Virus record (IMG/VR): IMGVR_UViG_3300018080_000179
Location: 1,122-65,121 of that record
Length of the DNA stretch: 64,000 nucleotides
Reading direction: 5' to 3' (one strand)
DNA from: a virus
Lineage: Duplodnaviria > Caudoviricetes
The stretch's first letter is position 1. Each line of letters starts with the position of its first letter. The notes under the pieces were generated by a model, which worked only from the letters and a program-made list of their open reading frames with translations, was not told the origin of the DNA and searched no databases. Below, in pieces: positions 16,819 to 26,316 of this stretch. The position numbers and the translations under genes were made by a program.

Positions 16819-18267
16819 ATGCCCATACCCGGATTGAAACTGAAATTGACCGAGTCGCAGCTTGACGACCTTTTCAAGAAGCATGACCTCGCCTACTTTG
16901 CAGAAAAAATCCTCAACATGGAAATCGTCGAGCACCATCAGTCGTGGGCCAAGGCGGTATCCGAAAACAACAAGATCAACATTCTAAGCTCACGCGATTC
17001 GGGCAAGAGCTTCTTCTTTTCATTCGCCTATGTGATCTGGCGGCTTTACTACAACTGGATTCCCCCGCTGCCGTCCGAAGACTTCAAGTCGCTGCCCAGA
17101 AGCTCCCTGGGCTACATCTTCTCCTCGTCGGAGAAGAAGGCTATCGAATTTCTGGACCTTGTGAAGATTGAAATAGAGTCAAACCCGAAGCTTCGCTTTC
17201 TGCTTCCGGCAAAGCGTGATAGCTGGTCGAAAACGGAGATCAGGTGCTCCAACGGTGCGGTTGTGAGGGCCAGGGGCTGGGGAGCGGCTGTAAGGGGTGG
17301 TCACCCGGTATGGATGGTTTGCGACGACGTTCTGTCCGACGAGAACATCTATTCCGAAGTCACCCGGATGAAATCAATAGACTATTTCTATTCAGCCATA
17401 ACCCCGATGGTAATCCCCGGCGGCCAGCTAATCGTCGTCGGGACACCCTTCCACGCATCGGACCTTTACGGTGATATCTGGATCAACCCCGAATACTACT
17501 GCTCTAGGCATCCGGCCATAAAGGAGGACGGCAAGGCCCTGTGGCCGACCCGTTATTCGCTGGAGATGTTGAGAAAGAGGGAGGTGGAGGTTGGCTCCAT
17601 ACGCTTCGCACGGGAATACCTTGTCCAGCCTGTGTCCGAGGGCTCTTCGCTGTTTCCGGAGAGAATCCTGAAGGAGAACTACGACACCGAGTTGTCGCTG
17701 GTTACCGACATGACCGATTCCATGCACAATGAATACACCGTCTACACCGGGGTCGACCTTGCCCTGTCGGCGGCTGTGGGTGCGGACTATACCGTGATAA
17801 TGACGGTTGGCGTCGATCAGTACAAGAATATCCGTATATTGGACATGAGGCGCTTCAAGGGCAGATCCATGACCGAGCAGCTTCACGAGATAGAGGATGT
17901 TTACCACAACTACAGGCCGACCCGGATCTACATCGAGGACAACCAGTTTCAAAAGGTGTTCAGGGACGAGCTTGTGGCCAACACGGACCTTCCGGTCGAG
18001 GGGTACACAACCACCGCCCGCAACAAGAATTCGCTTGAGAAGGGCATTCCCAGCCTCCAGGTGCGGTTTGAGAACCGGAAGTGGATCATCCCCAGAAAGA
18101 CCGAAAGGGATAGAAGGCTGATGGATATTCTGATCAACGAGCTAAAGTGCTTCACATGGCAGAATGGAAAGCTGCAGGGTGTGGGCTCGCATGACGATTG
18201 TGTCATGGCACTGTGGATCGCATACGAGGCCTGCCAGTCGTCGGGCTTCAGTTTCAGTTTTGGGTGA
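16819..18267 (+). CDS. terL: terminase large subunit
   Basis: Walker A SRDSGKS, VRGGHP..MVCDD Walker B, VVGTP, FAREY, nuclease TGVDLA...ADYT, HDDCVMALW. Confidence 0.97.
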   Translation: MPIPGLKLKLTESQLDDLFKKHDLAYFAEKILNMEIVEHHQSWAKAVSENNKINILSSRDSGKSFFFSFAYVIWRLYYNWIPPLPSEDFKSLPRSSLGYIFSSSEKKAIEFLDLVKIEIESNPKLRFLLPAKRDSWSKTEIRCSNGAVVRARGWGAAVRGGHPVWMVCDDVLSDENIYSEVTRMKSIDYFYSAITPMVIPGGQLIVVGTPFHASDLYGDIWINPEYYCSRHPAIKEDGKALWPTRYSLEMLRKREVEVGSIRFAREYLVQPVSEGSSLFPERILKENYDTELSLVTDMTDSMHNEYTVYTGVDLALSAAVGADYTVIMTVGVDQYKNIRILDMRRFKGRSMTEQLHEIEDVYHNYRPTRIYIEDNQFQKVFRDELVANTDLPVEGYTTTARNKNSLEKGIPSLQVRFENRKWIIPRKTERDRRLMDILINELKCFTWQNGKLQGVGSHDDCVMALWIAYEACQSSGFSFSFG

Positions 18268-18271
18268 TCAG

Positions 18272-18691
18272 ATGGCGGGGATGAAGGTTATGGGGGACAT
18301 GGTTGTCACGCATCCGAGAGCCAAAACCACCCTTGGCCACATGGGAGGCCTTCCAAGCATGGCTGATGCGACCTATGAAGCAAAAGAGGAGCCCTTGGCA
18401 ACACCAACCAGACTTACCAACGAAGCGTCCAAAGCCATTGCCCTGCAGGGCCTTCAGGACCATGCTGCGAAGCTGATGCGGTATGTGAAGGACAACATCG
18501 ACTACAGGATTCAGGAGAAGCTGTCCTTCATCGATTCGTCGGCTCTCCGAGAGCTCTTCACACTGTGCGCGGCATACCAGATAGACAACGTGCTTTCGCA
18601 AAAGGATATAGACGACTTTCTCACGAGCCAGCGGGATGAATTCATGGAGGCTGGTTCAACTTTTCTGGAAGGTTTGGAAGAAATCAAGTAG
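18272..18691 (+). CDS. hypothetical protein
   Basis: ORF directly after terL; start chosen at the first ATG after the terL stop. Confidence 0.65.
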   Translation: MAGMKVMGDMVVTHPRAKTTLGHMGGLPSMADATYEAKEEPLATPTRLTNEASKAIALQGLQDHAAKLMRYVKDNIDYRIQEKLSFIDSSALRELFTLCAAYQIDNVLSQKDIDDFLTSQRDEFMEAGSTFLEGLEEIK

Positions 18692-18703
18692 ATTGGAGTT
18701 GAG

Positions 18704-19021
18704 ATGCATTCCGGGGTCGTGGACTTCTTTGACCTTAACAAGGGTTGGGGTTTCATTTCGGTTTCAGGTGGGCAGAAAGATGTCTTTGTTCACTTTTCAC
18801 ATATCGCTGGACAGAGCACGGGACGCAGGGATCTGCACCCTGGGGACCGGGTGGGCTTTGAGATCGCAGAAACGAACGATGGACTACAGGCAAGAAATGT
18901 CAGAGTATTAAGTTCCGTTTTGAATAGGAGAACAGGGCATGCGCTTTTATCGGAAAGGAAGCATAACATTATCAGAAGACGATGCAACGACCCCCAAGCA
19001 GATCAGGTTCGAGGACCGTGA
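18704..19021 (+). CDS. cold-shock domain (Csp) nucleic-acid-binding protein with a C-terminal extension
   Basis: GVVDFFDLNKGWGFI (RNP1), DVFVHFSHI (RNP2), GLQARNV. Confidence 0.92.
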   Translation: MHSGVVDFFDLNKGWGFISVSGGQKDVFVHFSHIAGQSTGRRDLHPGDRVGFEIAETNDGLQARNVRVLSSVLNRRTGHALLSERKHNIIRRRCNDPQADQVRGP

Positions 19022-19307
19022 GCATGAGACCGCCGAGACGACAATCATTCAGGAAGGCGGCGGCCATACGCAGGTCATAGAGAAGAATGTGACCGACTTC
19101 AACATTCCCCTCGGGAAGGTCGCCCAGGGAAAATGGTTTTACTTCTTCTGCGATCAGCCTTTTCGGATTAAAATAAACAATGGGGCCGACCTGGTCATGG
19201 CGGCTGACAAGGTGAACGAGATGTGGGTGGACTTCACCTCGCTGAAGGTGACCAACCCATCCGGCACGGACGACATGCGACTCACATGGGCTATTGGCGG
19301 TGCATGA
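18939..19307 (+). CDS. small virion structural protein
   Basis: SD AGGAG; beta-rich, FTSLKVTN pattern. Confidence 0.7.
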   Translation: MRFYRKGSITLSEDDATTPKQIRFEDREHETAETTIIQEGGGHTQVIEKNVTDFNIPLGKVAQGKWFYFFCDQPFRIKINNGADLVMAADKVNEMWVDFTSLKVTNPSGTDDMRLTWAIGGA

Positions 19308-19323
19308 TATAGGGGTACTGGTA

Positions 19324-20193
19324 ATGAAGGACATGCGGGAATTCTCTGAACTCCTTGATGAGACTATAGAGAAGGGTCGCGCAGCCGAAGAGCGCGACCG
19401 GCAAAGGATAAGGGACAGGCGCACCGAGCTTCGGAAGGCGCTGTCCGACCATCCACACCATCCGATAACCGTTGGCCCTGATTCGGGTTTTTATTCACCC
19501 TACCGTCACACCTCCTTTGGCTGGATGCCCCACGACCCGGAACACTGGCGGGAGCAGGGCATTGGAAGCAGGAAGACTTCATCCTCGGAAGAGTGCCAGT
19601 TTGTGCATGACGGCTACCGCGAGGTGCGCCAGTACCTTTCCGGCGTCATGAAGTCGGTAATAGCCGAAACGGTTGAGAAGGCCAGGAAGGTGGGCACGGT
19701 ACCGAACGGCACCATCCACGACTACAAGGGCCACAAGTATGAGAAGAAGGGACCGGGCGACTGGCGTCTGGTTCATGAGGGCAAGGCCTCCGATCACCCG
19801 ATTGAGCAGCATCACACCGCCAGAAGGCAGAAGGTGCAGGATACCCTGAAGGACCGCAAGAACGGTCTTGCACAGGAGCCCAGCTTCGATGACCGGGCAA
19901 GGGCGGCCAATGAGAAGGCCCGTGAGATCCAGCAGCGTGAGACTGAGGTTCAGGCGCGTGGACTGGAGGCCCGCGAGGCGGATCTGGAAAGGCGGGAGAA
20001 TGCGCTTGCACAAACTAAGGAAGATGGTTCAGCGGATGCTCCGGGCAGTGATGTCGGCCCCGAAGAAGGGCGCGAGTCTGATGCTGGTACCGGCCAGAAA
20101 AATGAAGGCGGTGGTTCTAAGCCTGAAGATAAGGTTCTGAAACCCGGCTCCGACGACGGCGGGGATGACAAGAAGCCGAAGGAGAAGAAATGA
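19324..20193 (+). CDS. putative head-internal protein
   Basis: IEK|G, LRK|A, VMK|S and VEK|A sites; VPNGTIHDYKGHKYEKKGPGDW module; charged low-complexity tail. Confidence 0.65.
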   Translation: MKDMREFSELLDETIEKGRAAEERDRQRIRDRRTELRKALSDHPHHPITVGPDSGFYSPYRHTSFGWMPHDPEHWREQGIGSRKTSSSEECQFVHDGYREVRQYLSGVMKSVIAETVEKARKVGTVPNGTIHDYKGHKYEKKGPGDWRLVHEGKASDHPIEQHHTARRQKVQDTLKDRKNGLAQEPSFDDRARAANEKAREIQQRETEVQARGLEAREADLERRENALAQTKEDGSADAPGSDVGPEEGRESDAGTGQKNEGGGSKPEDKVLKPGSDDGGDDKKPKEKK

Positions 20194-23100
20194 AGCACGT
20201 GATGGATCTGGCCAAGTCGCGGCCCCACAAGTACATCAAGCGGGTCAGGCGTGGGAACAAGTGGGTTTATACCTATCATGAAGGTGGCCGCAAGAAATCC
20301 TTGTCCGACGAGCATTTCAAAAAGATAAAGAAGCTGGCCGAGATGGGGCATGAGACATCAAAGGCCTTGATGGATGGAATCAAGACCGGGACCGCTCCAA
20401 GCGGTACCACGAGCAATCCAATTAGAAGCAGGAAGCGGTGGGCTTCCAAACTAAGGCGTGAGGGCTGGTTTGGGGCAGTTGTTAAAAACAGTGAGGGCAA
20501 GCATTTCAGGGTTGTTGCCATAGGCAAGCGGCAGAAGGAAGCGATGTCTCCTGTTCATGAGGTCTTCCACGTTGTAAAGGATTCGGCGGAAGGCTTCATA
20601 GTCCGCCAGCGCAATGAAGACCGAATGTTTCTGGCCCATGACAAGAATTATGAAATAGTCTCCACCGGGATCAAGCTGTCCAAGAGGCAGCAGGATGACC
20701 TGAAGAAGCTGCATGAGGCTGGCTGGATTCGCGGTCTGCCCGAGGCGGATTATAATGGAAAGGGATACTATGGGGACGGCGCGGATGCGGTTGTAACCAT
20801 GGATTATGATGCTCCGAAGAATGGCACGCTGTTTCGCATGCGCGATGGCGAGGAAGATGATGACTGGCCTGAGTTTGTAGGTCGCAGGGACGTCGAAAAA
20901 AGAGCAAAGAGATGGCTTCGTGAGAAGGGCTTTGGCAGGAAGGTTGAGGTTTACGCAGAGGACCATGAGAAGGGGATGTTTTCAATAAACATCGTTATCA
21001 AGAAATCGGAGGAGGAAATAATGGGTACCGTTGATGGCGCACTGGACGAGGTGATCAAGGGTCGCGGGCCGGACAGAAAACCCCGCAAGAGAAGGTTCAA
21101 GATCGGCCATCAGGTGAAGGATAGCGGAACATCCCCCCATGGAGCAAAGGGTGTTGGAGTGGTCGTGGGAACCGGACAGTTCAGCCATGACGTACATTTC
21201 CCGGATGAGAACGAAACCCTTGAGTTCCATGACGGTGAATTGAAGGGTTCGGCCAAGGTGCACGACGATAAGAAGGTTGGGGATATCCTGAAGCGTCATG
21301 CCCAGGTGAGGCCGTCGAAATACAAGTCCGTTGATGGTGCTCTCGACGATTTGATGAAGGCTGGAGGCGAAGGCTCAAGAGGCGGAGTGGTAATAGGACA
21401 TTATGAGTCTGGTGCGCCAATGTATCAAAAGGGTTCTGGCGTTCTTGGCGCGACCCGGTCTGGCAAGGAAATAAAGGTTGGTATGAGCCGTCAGCGGGGG
21501 AAGGTGCATAGGGATGGTGGTTCAACAAGTGCCCAGGCAACCGCAGGTTGGACAAAGGAAGACCATCACGACGCTGCTGCTCATTACTGGAAGAAGCATT
21601 TGGAGGCAAAAGATCCTGAAAAAAAACAAAAGTATGCTGTAGATCATAGTCACCATGATGTTCAGGCTATGAATATGGGTGGTGGCAAGCTTCGTGAGCA
21701 TTATGATGACGCAGTAAAAAGAATGCGGAGAGGTGAGCATCCGTTTGCTGATGCTGATGAGAAAAGGTTGCTTGGCAAGTCCGTCGATTCGGCCCTCGAT
21801 GATCTGATAAAGGCCGGACCAACCGGACCCGGCTCCAGGGGTGGCAAGGTTGTGAGAACCAAGACCGGCAAGATCCGGTATGAGAGTCACCAGAAGGTGC
21901 TGAATGCGGCTCACGGCATGGAGGGTTCCCACGGAGCTTATAACCATGCTGCACGCGGTGAAGCCAGGGGGACTTCAAAGGTAACGCCAAACGACAAGAA
22001 GCTGATCGACAAGCTCCATGAGCACGGTGTGGAGGATCATCAGAAGGTGGCCTTTTACGATTCCAAGATGGGCCGCCATGCGATGGATTCCCTTCACAAT
22101 GGTCAGGAGCAGCACGTTGACAGCAGCATAAAGCGGTTCAAGAAGGAATATGCCGACCACGACGAGGAGTGGAAGACCAAGGCAAAGATCAACTGGGACA
22201 AGGCTCACGATACAAAGTCCACCGGGCCGGAGAGGGGGATGATGGATGAGAAGCATTATCCCCACCTGATGGACGACTATGAGCTTAAGGGCCATCCCAG
22301 ATTCGACAAGGAGGATTTCAGCAACCTCCGCAACAAGGGATATTCCCATGATGAGATAAGAAACATTTGGGACAAGGACCGGGAGCGTGGAGCTTCCAAA
22401 CCAGGAGGTGCTTCAGTGAAATCTGTAGACGGCGCATTGGATGATTTAATCAAGGGTGGACCTGGGAGTGGCATAAGGAAGTCCGACGACGAGGGCGGCT
22501 TTCATCCTGAAGAGGCGCGAGAGCCCTCAGAGGCCCAGGAAAAGACACCAGAGCAGGAAGCCGAAGACGAGGTCAAGAACGAAGAAGCCAGAAGCAAGTC
22601 GGTTCTAGGCGACCTTGCAGACGATTTGAGGAAGGGTCGTGGTCCCGACAAGAAACCGAGAAAGAGGCGTGGTGGCATATACAAATACAAGGACGCAAAG
22701 GTAAAGGTGGTGGAGCAGGCTCGTGGCTTTACCGACCCAAAGCAGCGGGAGCAAATGTGGGTTCGCCTGGTCGGCGGCAAACATGAGAACTACGAGCATG
22801 GTGACGAATTCACAGTTCATCCAAAACATTTGGAAGAGACAAGCAAATCCAATAAGGGGGAAGCAATGTTTAGAACCGAGATGCCACAGAATCTTATCAA
22901 GAGTGTTGGCGAAGACACTACAACAGCCGAAACCATAAAGAAGGGCATACCGGGACAGAGCCGTTCCTCCCGCGACCTTCTTTACACGCAGGACGATTTC
23001 AAAAAGGGTTGCAAGGAGAAAATGTATCCTGAAAAGAAAAAGAAGAAGGAAGAGCCGGAGGCTGAGAAATCCCTGAGTGAAGAGGTCGTTGACATATTCA

Positions 23101-23747
23101 AGGACTGTGACGCAGCATACGCGGAAGGCGACCTGCACAAGGCTTACATGGGCTTTGAGAAGCTGGCCGGAAAGCTGGAAGGAAAGGTCGAAGACCCGAA
23201 GGCGGTCGCGGCAGCGGTAGGCAGAAAGAAGTACGGGGACGCTGCATTTCAGGCGGCAGCTGCATCGGGCAGAAAAATGGCCTCCGACACGGGCGAGGAC
23301 AACGATTTACAGAAGGGTGGTCCGGGAAGCGGCAGACATAAGATCGGCCACAAGGTCAAGGTGACTGATTCGCCTCACAACAGGAAGCATGGCAACTGTC
23401 CGCATGTCGGCAAGCAGGGGACGGTGTCTTCTGTGTCGGGTGACGATGTAACGGTTATGATGGATGGCGGAGAAGGCAAAAGGGTGGGGATGGGTACGGA
23501 GCATTCTACGGTGACTGTAAAGCATGGCGATTTGGCAGGTGTGAGCAAGTCCTTTGGCTCCGAGAATCTGAAAAACACCCATGGCGAGCAGTTTCATTCG
23601 GACGCAGACCGCCAGGTGGTCGAGTATCTCACTACAATCGACAAGGTGAGCATCCACGACGAATCCCACAATCAATCGCCGAACAAGGTTGATCCAAACA
23701 GGCCCCTGCACACGCAGGAGCAGACATTCATGCACTACACCTGGTAG
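20190..23747 (+). CDS. 1185-aa modular polyprotein with repeated KSVDGALDDLxK(G/A) linkers; putative protease-processed head cargo
   Basis: Linker repeats at 21003-21062, 21324-21362, 21777-21815, 22419-22457 and 22596-22637, with degenerate copies to 23549; lies between terL and the portal. Confidence 0.8.
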   Translation: MKHVMDLAKSRPHKYIKRVRRGNKWVYTYHEGGRKKSLSDEHFKKIKKLAEMGHETSKALMDGIKTGTAPSGTTSNPIRSRKRWASKLRREGWFGAVVKNSEGKHFRVVAIGKRQKEAMSPVHEVFHVVKDSAEGFIVRQRNEDRMFLAHDKNYEIVSTGIKLSKRQQDDLKKLHEAGWIRGLPEADYNGKGYYGDGADAVVTMDYDAPKNGTLFRMRDGEEDDDWPEFVGRRDVEKRAKRWLREKGFGRKVEVYAEDHEKGMFSINIVIKKSEEEIMGTVDGALDEVIKGRGPDRKPRKRRFKIGHQVKDSGTSPHGAKGVGVVVGTGQFSHDVHFPDENETLEFHDGELKGSAKVHDDKKVGDILKRHAQVRPSKYKSVDGALDDLMKAGGEGSRGGVVIGHYESGAPMYQKGSGVLGATRSGKEIKVGMSRQRGKVHRDGGSTSAQATAGWTKEDHHDAAAHYWKKHLEAKDPEKKQKYAVDHSHHDVQAMNMGGGKLREHYDDAVKRMRRGEHPFADADEKRLLGKSVDSALDDLIKAGPTGPGSRGGKVVRTKTGKIRYESHQKVLNAAHGMEGSHGAYNHAARGEARGTSKVTPNDKKLIDKLHEHGVEDHQKVAFYDSKMGRHAMDSLHNGQEQHVDSSIKRFKKEYADHDEEWKTKAKINWDKAHDTKSTGPERGMMDEKHYPHLMDDYELKGHPRFDKEDFSNLRNKGYSHDEIRNIWDKDRERGASKPGGASVKSVDGALDDLIKGGPGSGIRKSDDEGGFHPEEAREPSEAQEKTPEQEAEDEVKNEEARSKSVLGDLADDLRKGRGPDKKPRKRRGGIYKYKDAKVKVVEQARGFTDPKQREQMWVRLVGGKHENYEHGDEFTVHPKHLEETSKSNKGEAMFRTEMPQNLIKSVGEDTTTAETIKKGIPGQSRSSRDLLYTQDDFKKGCKEKMYPEKKKKKEEPEAEKSLSEEVVDIFKDCDAAYAEGDLHKAYMGFEKLAGKLEGKVEDPKAVAAAVGRKKYGDAAFQAAAASGRKMASDTGEDNDLQKGGPGSGRHKIGHKVKVTDSPHNRKHGNCPHVGKQGTVSSVSGDDVTVMMDGGEGKRVGMGTEHSTVTVKHGDLAGVSKSFGSENLKNTHGEQFHSDADRQVVEYLTTIDKVSIHDESHNQSPNKVDPNRPLHTQEQTFMHYTW

Positions 23748-23755
23748 GAGGTATC

Positions 23756-24331
23756 ATGTCGGACGTGCTTCAGGATCTGGCCGACCAGATCACCAAGTCC
23801 GGGTCGCAGCAGCCGGTAACCCAAAGGCAGCAGCCCAGGCCACAGCCGCAGACGAACCTTGGCACCTTTGTAAAGGCGGCCGGTCCCGGTGGAGTCATTT
23901 TTGATTTCAGCCAGGCGAGAGGCAATCCACTGGCTGACAGGTTTGCGGCCCTTCTGAATTACCATTCGGATCCACAGCAGGTCCAGATTGCAAAAGACCA
24001 GCACGCTGCCTATCAGAAGGCGCTGGGGAACTTTGTGGACCTTGGCGAGTCCAGATTCAATCAGAGCAGTGGCCAGGGCAGCTTTGAAGGCGTCCACAAG
24101 GCGTGGAATCAGCAGCTTTCGGGCTCGACCGATGCAACGATTAAGAAGCTCTATGAAGAGGGCAAGCTCGTCGTCGACGATCCAACCTCCATAGAGAAGG
24201 GTGGAGCCGGGATGCCCCAGTTTGGAGACGCCAAGATCAATATTGGTAATGAAACGGTTCATGCCACATCTGAAACGGACCAGGCCGTTATGGAAATGAT
24301 GAAGGGTGGCATGCTAGACGAAGAGGAATGA
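23756..24331 (+). CDS. putative head-internal/core protein
   Basis: SD AGGAGG; DLADQITK|S, FVK|A and IEK|G sites. Confidence 0.7.
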   Translation: MSDVLQDLADQITKSGSQQPVTQRQQPRPQPQTNLGTFVKAAGPGGVIFDFSQARGNPLADRFAALLNYHSDPQQVQIAKDQHAAYQKALGNFVDLGESRFNQSSGQGSFEGVHKAWNQQLSGSTDATIKKLYEEGKLVVDDPTSIEKGGAGMPQFGDAKINIGNETVHATSETDQAVMEMMKGGMLDEEE

Positions 24332-24332
24332 T

Positions 24333-26093
24333 ATGGGCGCAGTACGGGATTTCCTATCCAAATCTGTAGAGTTCATCGGCGAGGAGATAGTGCCTATCGC
24401 CGGGGACTTGAGAAAGGCTGGGCTTCTGGGTTCCAATGGTACCTATGAGCCCAAGGCTTCACTGATAGATCCGTTCAGTTACAACCTCACGGTTTTCGGC
24501 TACAAGGAGAAGTATTCATTTATTGACTATGCCAAGGCACGGCAGATCAGCTACTCGGACCCGGTCCTTTCGGCAATCATCCAGACCAGAACCAACCAGG
24601 TGGGCGCGTTTGCGGTACCACAGGACGACCGCTACAAGGTCGGCTTCAAGATATCCCAGCGGGACAAGAAGAAGAAAATGAACGGGGCGGCGAAGAAGAA
24701 GGCCGAGGAGCTTGCAAAATTCATTATGAACTGCGGCTTCCCGGAGCAGATGGAAGAGACGCCGGACACGAAGAAGCGCGATAATTTCGAGATGTTTCTC
24801 AGGAAGATCACACGCGACTCCCTGACATTCGATCAGGTGAATTTTGAAGTGGTCCCAAGGGCCAATGGAATGCCCGCACAGTTCATAGCGGTGGACGCGG
24901 GCACCATGAGGATACTTCCGGACAGGCGGGATGTGGCGGCCACCTATGGCGGAATGCATGGAAACAACTACGGGTTCTCTCCGCAGAATGCGAATGCCCT
25001 GATGCCCGCGATGATGCTCCAGCCCCTCAACCCGGATCAGACGAATGTGAACCAGACACGGGTTCCACGGTACACCCAGCTTATAAACGGCACGCCAAGG
25101 GCCACGTTTGACGAATGGGAGATGGCGTTTGGAGTGAGAAACCCGCGAACGGACATTCTGTCCAACGGGTACGGCTTCTCCGAGATAGAGATGCTTCTCA
25201 CGGCCATTACCGCACACCTGAATGCCGACACCTACAACCGCAAGTTTTTCTCACAGGGAAGCTCGCAGAAGGGGATTCTGGCATTTGAAGGAAACGTGCC
25301 TCCGGATCAGCTTGAGGCATTCAGACGCCAGTACCATCAGCAGGTCACGGGTGTTCAAAACGCATGGAAGACCCCGATCATAGCCACGGGCAACAAGGAC
25401 ACCAAGCTGAACTGGCAGTCCATGCACTCCACGAACAAGGAGATGGAGTGGGGGAAGTACACCGAGTATCTGGTCAAAACGATATGCGGCGTCTATCAGA
25501 TCGACCCCATAGAGATAGGCTTCGACATAGCCCGCAATTCATCGGGGCAGGGCGGCTCCAGCGGCCTGGGCGGAATGGGTCAGCAGGTCGAGCGTTTGAA
25601 GTTTTCGAAGGACAAGGGTCTTGACCCGCTTCTTCGCTTCATCGCTAACATGATAAACGACTACATTATCTGGCGGCTCGCGCCGGATTTCGAGTTTGAG
25701 TTCGTCGGCCTTAACGCATCCAGTGAAAAGGAACAGGTGGAACTGGACAAGGAGAAGGTGGCCACATTCATGACGGTGGACGAGCTTCGTGCCGAGCATG
25801 ACCTTCCTGCCGCAAAGAAGCCCGATGACGTTGAGTCGGTCGGCGACATGATTCTGAGCCCCACATACGTTCAGGCCTTCCAGGCGCTTGCAATGGGTGG
25901 CGGTGAAGAGGAGGGTGGAATGCCCGGAGAAGACGGCGAGCAGGGGCCGGGTGCTCCCATGGGTGAGGAGGACGAGCCTTCCTATGAGAACATGAGCGAC
26001 AAGGAGCTTGAGGCCGAACTGGCAAAGCTTCAGGGCACCGCAACCGGCAAGTCGATGGAAGCCAAATTCAAGACACTGGAGCTTATACTTTAG
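24333..26093 (+). CDS. portal protein (SPO1/Twort-like)
   Basis: AIIQTRTNQV, RDSLTFDQVNFE, VRNPRTD...YGFSEIE, QLEAFRR, CGVYQIDPIEIGF, SKDKGLDPLL. Confidence 0.95.
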   Translation: MGAVRDFLSKSVEFIGEEIVPIAGDLRKAGLLGSNGTYEPKASLIDPFSYNLTVFGYKEKYSFIDYAKARQISYSDPVLSAIIQTRTNQVGAFAVPQDDRYKVGFKISQRDKKKKMNGAAKKKAEELAKFIMNCGFPEQMEETPDTKKRDNFEMFLRKITRDSLTFDQVNFEVVPRANGMPAQFIAVDAGTMRILPDRRDVAATYGGMHGNNYGFSPQNANALMPAMMLQPLNPDQTNVNQTRVPRYTQLINGTPRATFDEWEMAFGVRNPRTDILSNGYGFSEIEMLLTAITAHLNADTYNRKFFSQGSSQKGILAFEGNVPPDQLEAFRRQYHQQVTGVQNAWKTPIIATGNKDTKLNWQSMHSTNKEMEWGKYTEYLVKTICGVYQIDPIEIGFDIARNSSGQGGSSGLGGMGQQVERLKFSKDKGLDPLLRFIANMINDYIIWRLAPDFEFEFVGLNASSEKEQVELDKEKVATFMTVDELRAEHDLPAAKKPDDVESVGDMILSPTYVQAFQALAMGGGEEEGGMPGEDGEQGPGAPMGEEDEPSYENMSDKELEAELAKLQGTATGKSMEAKFKTLELIL

Positions 26094-26094
26094 A

Positions 26095-26316
26095 ATGGAC
26101 GTTGTTATCAAATCGACGCAGGAGGAGTTTGAGAGCAAGCGGCCGGAACTGATCCACAAGATCGCCGGAGGCATGTTTGACATAAGCCTTGAGAAGTCGA
26201 TGAAGAAGCGACCGGCCATCCTGAAGATACAGGACGAGATGCTGGACTATTGGGACCGGGAGTTTCAGAAGATGATCCGGGGACTGAAGAAGGAAATCGA
26301 AGAGGTGTTGGGATGA
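26095..26316 (+). CDS. small hypothetical head-module protein
   Basis: ATG immediately after the portal stop; VIK|S and LEK|S sites; ATGA overlap with the next gene. Confidence 0.6.
   Translation: MDVVIKSTQEEFESKRPELIHKIAGGMFDISLEKSMKKRPAILKIQDEMLDYWDREFQKMIRGLKKEIEEVLG

Noticed and set aside
16819-18267. Intron or intein in terL or MCP, common in SPO1/Twort-like phages
   Set aside because: Both ORFs are uninterrupted and of ordinary length, with no intein or homing-endonuclease motifs.
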